A stretch of 29,714 bases of DNA. Source: a virus (Duplodnaviria > Caudoviricetes). Shown here one piece after another: positions 25,496 through 29,714 of this stretch (its first letter is position 1; each line of letters opens with the position of its first letter). The translations under genes and the position numbers were made by a program. The notes under the pieces are model-generated. The model was not told the origin of the DNA, did no database searches, and was given only the letters and a program-made list of their open reading frames with translations. Location of the stretch: the IMG/VR virus record IMGVR_UViG_3300032292_000502, positions 1-29,714 of that record; one strand, 5' to 3'.

Positions 25496-28400
25496 TTAAT
25501 TTCTTAACAATAAGACTGATCCCATTTTTTCGTTTACAATGCCATCTAAGGAACAATAACGGATTTTATAAACATACGCACCTTCTTTAGCAAATTCACC
25601 TTTAACTTTCCCGTCCCACCCTTTATTTACTTCATTGGTACTAAATAACCATTGACCCCAACGATCATATATTTCCATTTTATAACAACTTTGGTTAAGA
25701 CCATAATCTGAAAATACAGGTTTAAAATAATCATTCAAACCATCTTGATTAGCGGGTGTGAATGAGTTTGGAATATATACGTTAAATTCATTTTTAACAT
25801 CTACTATTTTAGTAATAGTAGCCGTGCATCCCTCTACTGATTGTACTGCTAATGTTATTTCGTATCTACCTATTTTATTTGGTATGTAAAGTAAGTTAAC
25901 TGGGTTTCCTGTTGTACCATCAGATACAGTCCAAGTATAAGTATGTCTACCTAAATTAAGTGTTTTATTTACAGTTTGTATTTCAGGATTAGATAAATAA
26001 ACTTCCCTAGGCATTGTGAAATCAGGTTTAGGTTGATCTAATACTTCTATTAATGAAGTGCTTTGAGTTAAAGCCGAACATCCCTCTAAACTAACATAAC
26101 TAAAACTAGCTGTATATGTACCGGGGGCTGTAAACGTGTGCATTGTGTATAACGATTTGTCTTCCGTTCCGTCCCCAAATTTCCATGCGCCTAAACCATT
26201 AATTTCATTTGAGTTAAAAACTACTTTTAAAGGAGCGCATCCTTTGTTATTATCTAAAGATAAGTTGATTTTAGGTATTTCTACCGTTTTTACAGTAATA
26301 GTTTTACTATCAGGACACAAAGTATAAGTTGGTGTTGAATGTGTGTTGTATACTATATTGTTGATTCCAACATTTGCTTTTTTAGGATCAAATGTAGTAC
26401 CTACAACACCAGGACCAAACCAACTACCACCTGGGTTCTTAACTAATGAATTTAGGTTAAATGGTTGATCCGCTCCTATACAATAATAGTCTTTAGGATA
26501 TGTTGCTAAGTCAGCAGATATAAATTGCTCTACATTTATGGTTGTTTGAGCAAATGCAATACAAGGTCCTGCATTGATACTATAACTAATTATGTTTTTA
26601 CCTATAACACCTAAAGCAGGATTAAATAATCCTTTTACACTAACACCATTTGTATTTATACCACCAAATATACCTCCCACAGGGCTAACATCTAATTGTA
26701 TAGGCATTCCATTATTACATCTTGCATCTACTTTAACAATAGTAGGTGTTTGTAATGAATATACTCTAACTGATGTAGTTGAACTATTAGGACACAAACC
26801 ACTTGGAGAAGTAGCTGTACTATGAGTTAATACAAATGAACCAGCACCAACAGTATTAGGTATAAACATACTGCCTACAATACCTGAACCTGACCAAATA
26901 CCTTGACTAGCAGTAAATGGAGTTAAGTTAACGGGAGCATTTGTATTACACATATCAGGTATAGCCTGACTGATAGCAGATGAAACATACATTTCAACAC
27001 TCACTTGTTTAGTTTGTTGAGCAAAGCAAGTTGGAGTACCAATTACGTATTGTATGTTATTGTTTCCTATTGCTGCTGTTTGTGGATTGAATACTCCTGT
27101 ACTTGATACAAATGATGAACTAACCCAATTACCAATGTTAGGTGTTACTGTTAATTGTACAGCACCATCTTTACTACAAAATGGTCCTACATTTGATATG
27201 TTAGGTACGGGTGGATTAGATACTTGTACTGTTATTGTTTTAGAATCAGGACATAAACTAGTATTAGGTATAGATTGAGTACTATAAGTTAAAACATAAG
27301 TGTTGGTTGGTAATCCTGCTGGGTTAAACCAAATGTTATTTACATTAATACCAGTCCAAACACCCACTGTGTTTTGAACTATATTCATTAAGTTAACAGC
27401 AGAATTGTTTACACATAAATGTCCTACTGTACCGGTTAAAGCAGCACTTCTAAAAATAGAAGGTCGTAAAGCAAATGTATTTGTATTAACACAAGGTCCA
27501 ACATTAACAGTATAACTTGCTAATGTGTTTTGTAATGTAGCTAAAGAAGGAGTAACAATACCACTTTGAGACATTATAGGATTAGACCAATTACCACCTC
27601 CAGGATTAGCTACTACTTGAAATGTAGATCCATTAGTACAAAATTCAGGATTAATAACTATAGAAGGTAATACTGTATTTGTAACTGAAATGTTTAGAAT
27701 ACTTTGATTAGGACAAGCTAATGGATTTGGGTTAGATTGAGTTGAGTAAGTAAATGTATAGTTGCTTGTATTTAAACCTGCAGGATTGAAAATACCATTT
27801 ACTACATTAGTTCCAGTCCAAATACCAACTGTACTTTGAACTATATTCATTAAATTGATTGTACTATTAGTTACACAAAGAGGTGCAATTGTAGAAGTTA
27901 AAGTAGCAGGATTAAATTGATTTAATTGAAACGTTCCTGTGTTAGAACTACCACAACCATTTTGATTGTATTGATAACTAAAAGTATTAGTACCTAAAGC
28001 CAATGCAGTTGAAGTAGGTACAATTACTCCATTTGGAATAGAGAATGTACCACCACTTGGAGTTACTTGGATTGAGTAACTATTACCATTAGTACATAAG
28101 ATGGGTATTGGAGCAAAAGTAGGAGTAGATGGGTTAATCATGTTAATCGACATAGTGCGAGTAACAGGACAATTAATTGCTGTAGGTGTAATTACACAAG
28201 TGTAAGTTATAATGGTATTGGTTCCTGGAGGTACATTAGGTTGAATTAATACATTTTGAGATGCATTAAGATTACCCATTATATATAAATTAGGTTGCCA
28301 ATTAAAAGTAAATTGACCTGGTTGAGGAGGAACTGACCAAGTTATACTAGCAGCAAATGGCTGAGTACAAGGAGTCATTGAAGTAGGAGATATTGTAGGA

Positions 28401-29714
28401 TTGTTTAAATAAGTGTTTATGTAAAGTAAATTGAAATACTTACAAGATCCATCAAACGTTTCTACACTATAAACACCAGCAGCCATACCACCTATAGTAT
28501 AAGTGTTTAATGCAGTTGGATAAACTGAAAAGTTGTAAGGAGGAGTTCCAACAGCATTTACAACTGAATAACTATTAACGCCTGGAGGAGACCCAGGAGC
28601 AGGACTTAAATTTATAGTAGCAGTTCCATTAGTAGCATTTACACAAACAGAAGAACCTGTAACACCAACTGAACCTGGAGGTGATGACATTAAAGTATAA
28701 CTAATTTGAGATAAACAGTTTTGTAAGTTAGTATAGGATAAGTTATAAACTTGACCTGGAGATGGGTTGTTAACTGTATAACCTGATGCTACACCAAGAG
28801 ATCCTTGTATAGGAGAATTACCTTGATACCATTGAAAGTTTGTACCACCAGTTGTGTTTAAATAAGCTTGAGCACCACAATAAGGTTTGTATAAGTATTG
28901 AGTTTGAGGTGTGCCTGTGCCAACAGATACAGTTGCAGAAGCAGTACCACATAAAGCATTTCCTGCACCTGCAATAGTAACAGAATAAATACCTGCAGGT
29001 AAATTAATAGCAACCGAAGAATTACCAACAACACTATTAGAAGTATTAGTCCAAGTGTAAGTATAGCCTGCTCCACTTCCAGCACCTTGTACTGTAGCTG
29101 AACCTGAAGATCCATTTGGGCAAGTAGTACCTGAACCAATACCTGCAATCATTACAGTTGTAGTATTAAGTTGAGAAATAGAACTTAATTGACAACCACC
29201 ACTTGAAGTTAAGTTAACAGTATAAGTTTGACCTGGGATTGGATTTGTGATAGTAATAACAGCCGTTGTTCCCATAGGTGGAGGTATAGGACCATTTGGA
29301 CCAACCCATTGATAAAAGTTATACCCTAAAGGAGCATTGATTTGAGCTACACCTGAACCTGCACAAAACGAAACAGCACCTGGAATAGGACCTCCAGGTA
29401 AACCTCCTAAACCAGGAGATATGTTTTGACCACCACAAACACAATCTACAAAAGTAGTTCCCCAATGTCCTCCAAAATTACAGTCGGCAGTCCACATTTC
29501 AATAGTAACACAGCCACCTATATATGGCGTTAAGTCAATAGACTTAGTTTGCCAGTTACTCATAACACCATATCCGCAGGGTGTAAAACTCACATTAGCT
29601 AAGGAGCCGCAATTGGCGGCTAAGGTCATAGACGAACACGAAGCTACGGTATTTCCATTACAGGCATTTAATACTCTTAAGTATAATCCCGGCTGATCAC
29701 AACAACTATGTCCA
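25496..29714 (-). CDS. Large adhesin-like protein with Ig-like repeats, PKD domain and T9SS type-B (gliding-motility-associated, CHU_C) C-terminal domain; 5'-truncated
   Basis: C-terminal VYIPNSFTPANQDGLNDYF...IYDRWG...WDG...GAYVYKI; PKD motif WKFGDG...HTFTAPGTY; frame stays open upstream of 29629 (GHSCCDQPGLYLRVLNAC...) to the window edge. Confidence 0.88.
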   Translation of the reverse strand, partial: GHSCCDQPGLYLRVLNACNGNTVASCSSMTLAANCGSLANVSFTPCGYGVMSNWQTKSIDLTPYIGGCVTIEMWTADCNFGGHWGTTFVDCVCGGQNISPGLGGLPGGPIPGAVSFCAGSGVAQINAPLGYNFYQWVGPNGPIPPPMGTTAVITITNPIPGQTYTVNLTSSGGCQLSSISQLNTTTVMIAGIGSGTTCPNGSSGSATVQGAGSGAGYTYTWTNTSNSVVGNSSVAINLPAGIYSVTIAGAGNALCGTASATVSVGTGTPQTQYLYKPYCGAQAYLNTTGGTNFQWYQGNSPIQGSLGVASGYTVNNPSPGQVYNLSYTNLQNCLSQISYTLMSSPPGSVGVTGSSVCVNATNGTATINLSPAPGSPPGVNSYSVVNAVGTPPYNFSVYPTALNTYTIGGMAAGVYSVETFDGSCKYFNLLYINTYLNNPTISPTSMTPCTQPFAASITWSVPPQPGQFTFNWQPNLYIMGNLNASQNVLIQPNVPPGTNTIITYTCVITPTAINCPVTRTMSINMINPSTPTFAPIPILCTNGNSYSIQVTPSGGTFSIPNGVIVPTSTALALGTNTFSYQYNQNGCGSSNTGTFQLNQFNPATLTSTIAPLCVTNSTINLMNIVQSTVGIWTGTNVVNGIFNPAGLNTSNYTFTYSTQSNPNPLACPNQSILNISVTNTVLPSIVINPEFCTNGSTFQVVANPGGGNWSNPIMSQSGIVTPSLATLQNTLASYTVNVGPCVNTNTFALRPSIFRSAALTGTVGHLCVNNSAVNLMNIVQNTVGVWTGINVNNIWFNPAGLPTNTYVLTYSTQSIPNTSLCPDSKTITVQVSNPPVPNISNVGPFCSKDGAVQLTVTPNIGNWVSSSFVSSTGVFNPQTAAIGNNNIQYVIGTPTCFAQQTKQVSVEMYVSSAISQAIPDMCNTNAPVNLTPFTASQGIWSGSGIVGSMFIPNTVGAGSFVLTHSTATSPSGLCPNSSTTSVRVYSLQTPTIVKVDARCNNGMPIQLDVSPVGGIFGGINTNGVSVKGLFNPALGVIGKNIISYSINAGPCIAFAQTTINVEQFISADLATYPKDYYCIGADQPFNLNSLVKNPGGSWFGPGVVGTTFDPKKANVGINNIVYNTHSTPTYTLCPDSKTITVKTVEIPKINLSLDNNKGCAPLKVVFNSNEINGLGAWKFGDGTEDKSLYTMHTFTAPGTYTASFSYVSLEGCSALTQSTSLIEVLDQPKPDFTMPREVYLSNPEIQTVNKTLNLGRHTYTWTVSDGTTGNPVNLLYIPNKIGRYEITLAVQSVEGCTATITKIVDVKNEFNVYIPNSFTPANQDGLNDYFKPVFSDYGLNQSCYKMEIYDRWGQWLFSTNEVNKGWDGKVKGEFAKEGAYVYKIRYCSLDGIVNEKMGSVLLLRN
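26280..28135 (-). repeat. Four tandem ~154-aa two-domain repeat units within the adhesin (boundaries approximate)
   Basis: Alternating units P..I.P.C.NG...P.GG and L...C.......NL.......G.W.G......F.P........Y.T...P....CP, spaced about 460 nt apart. Confidence 0.75.

Larger units (their letters stand above)
1..29714 (-). mobile_element. Fragment of a large myovirus-like (T4-like baseplate) phage genome, probable Bacteroidota host
   Basis: Co-oriented, densely packed genes including baseplate, primase, exonuclease and gp55-like sigma genes; no cellular housekeeping genes, integrase or att site seen. Host inferred from TAnnTTTG promoter, T9SS CTD and lack of SD sequences. Confidence 0.93.

Noticed and set aside
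177-29148. Plus-strand ORFs in the track (177, 634, 1738, 6301, 6347, 6517, 7530, 8112, 20788, 21699, 23897, 25222, 26136, 26592, 27054) and the minus-strand ORF 28858..29148
   Set aside because: They are antisense or out-of-frame shadows of well-supported minus-strand genes and have no recognisable motifs.
1-29714. Stop-codon reassignment as in some Bacteroidota phages
   Set aside because: Genes tile the window in the standard code, and both TAG (7991) and TGA (3415, 7019) end genes at sensible boundaries.
1-29714. tRNA, rRNA, DGR or retron elements
   Set aside because: Intergenic gaps are too short apart from 25380-25495, which shows no cloverleaf; no reverse transcriptase gene or adenine-variable repeat pair was seen.

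Overview
The whole window is a fragment of a large, AT-rich tailed-phage genome with a contractile-tail (T4-like) baseplate. All credible genes are on the minus strand, tightly packed, in the standard code. The host is most likely a Bacteroidota species: there is a TTG-N19-TAnnTTTG promoter, A-rich gene starts without Shine-Dalgarno sequences, a T9SS type-B sorting domain and an Hc1-like protein. In transcription order (right to left) the window holds: a 5'-truncated adhesin-like protein of >1400 aa with a T9SS C-terminal domain; a small unit with a host-type promoter, an HD hydrolase and a terminator; a gp55-like sigma factor; a baseplate/tail module (gp5-, gp25-, gp6- and gp7-like, DNRLRE, tail-collar-like paralogues); a GIY-YIG protein, DNA primase and PD-(D/E)XK exonuclease; then a cluster of P-loop kinase, HxGH nucleotidyltransferase-zincin fusion, HAD phosphatase, Zn-binding protein, TM+GAF holin candidate, an Hc1-like ORF missed by the ORF track, and a second nuclease-like protein. 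The most interesting signals are (i) an amphipathic N-terminal leader ending in L/I-x-E shared by many unrelated proteins, including the enzymes, suggesting virion-packaged, protease-matured cargo; (ii) a phage-borne T9SS cargo protein; and (iii) an intergenic ATATTTATA motif, which contains the reverse complement of the T4 late promoter, alongside a gp55-like sigma. All family assignments come from recognising motifs by eye; no database searches were run.
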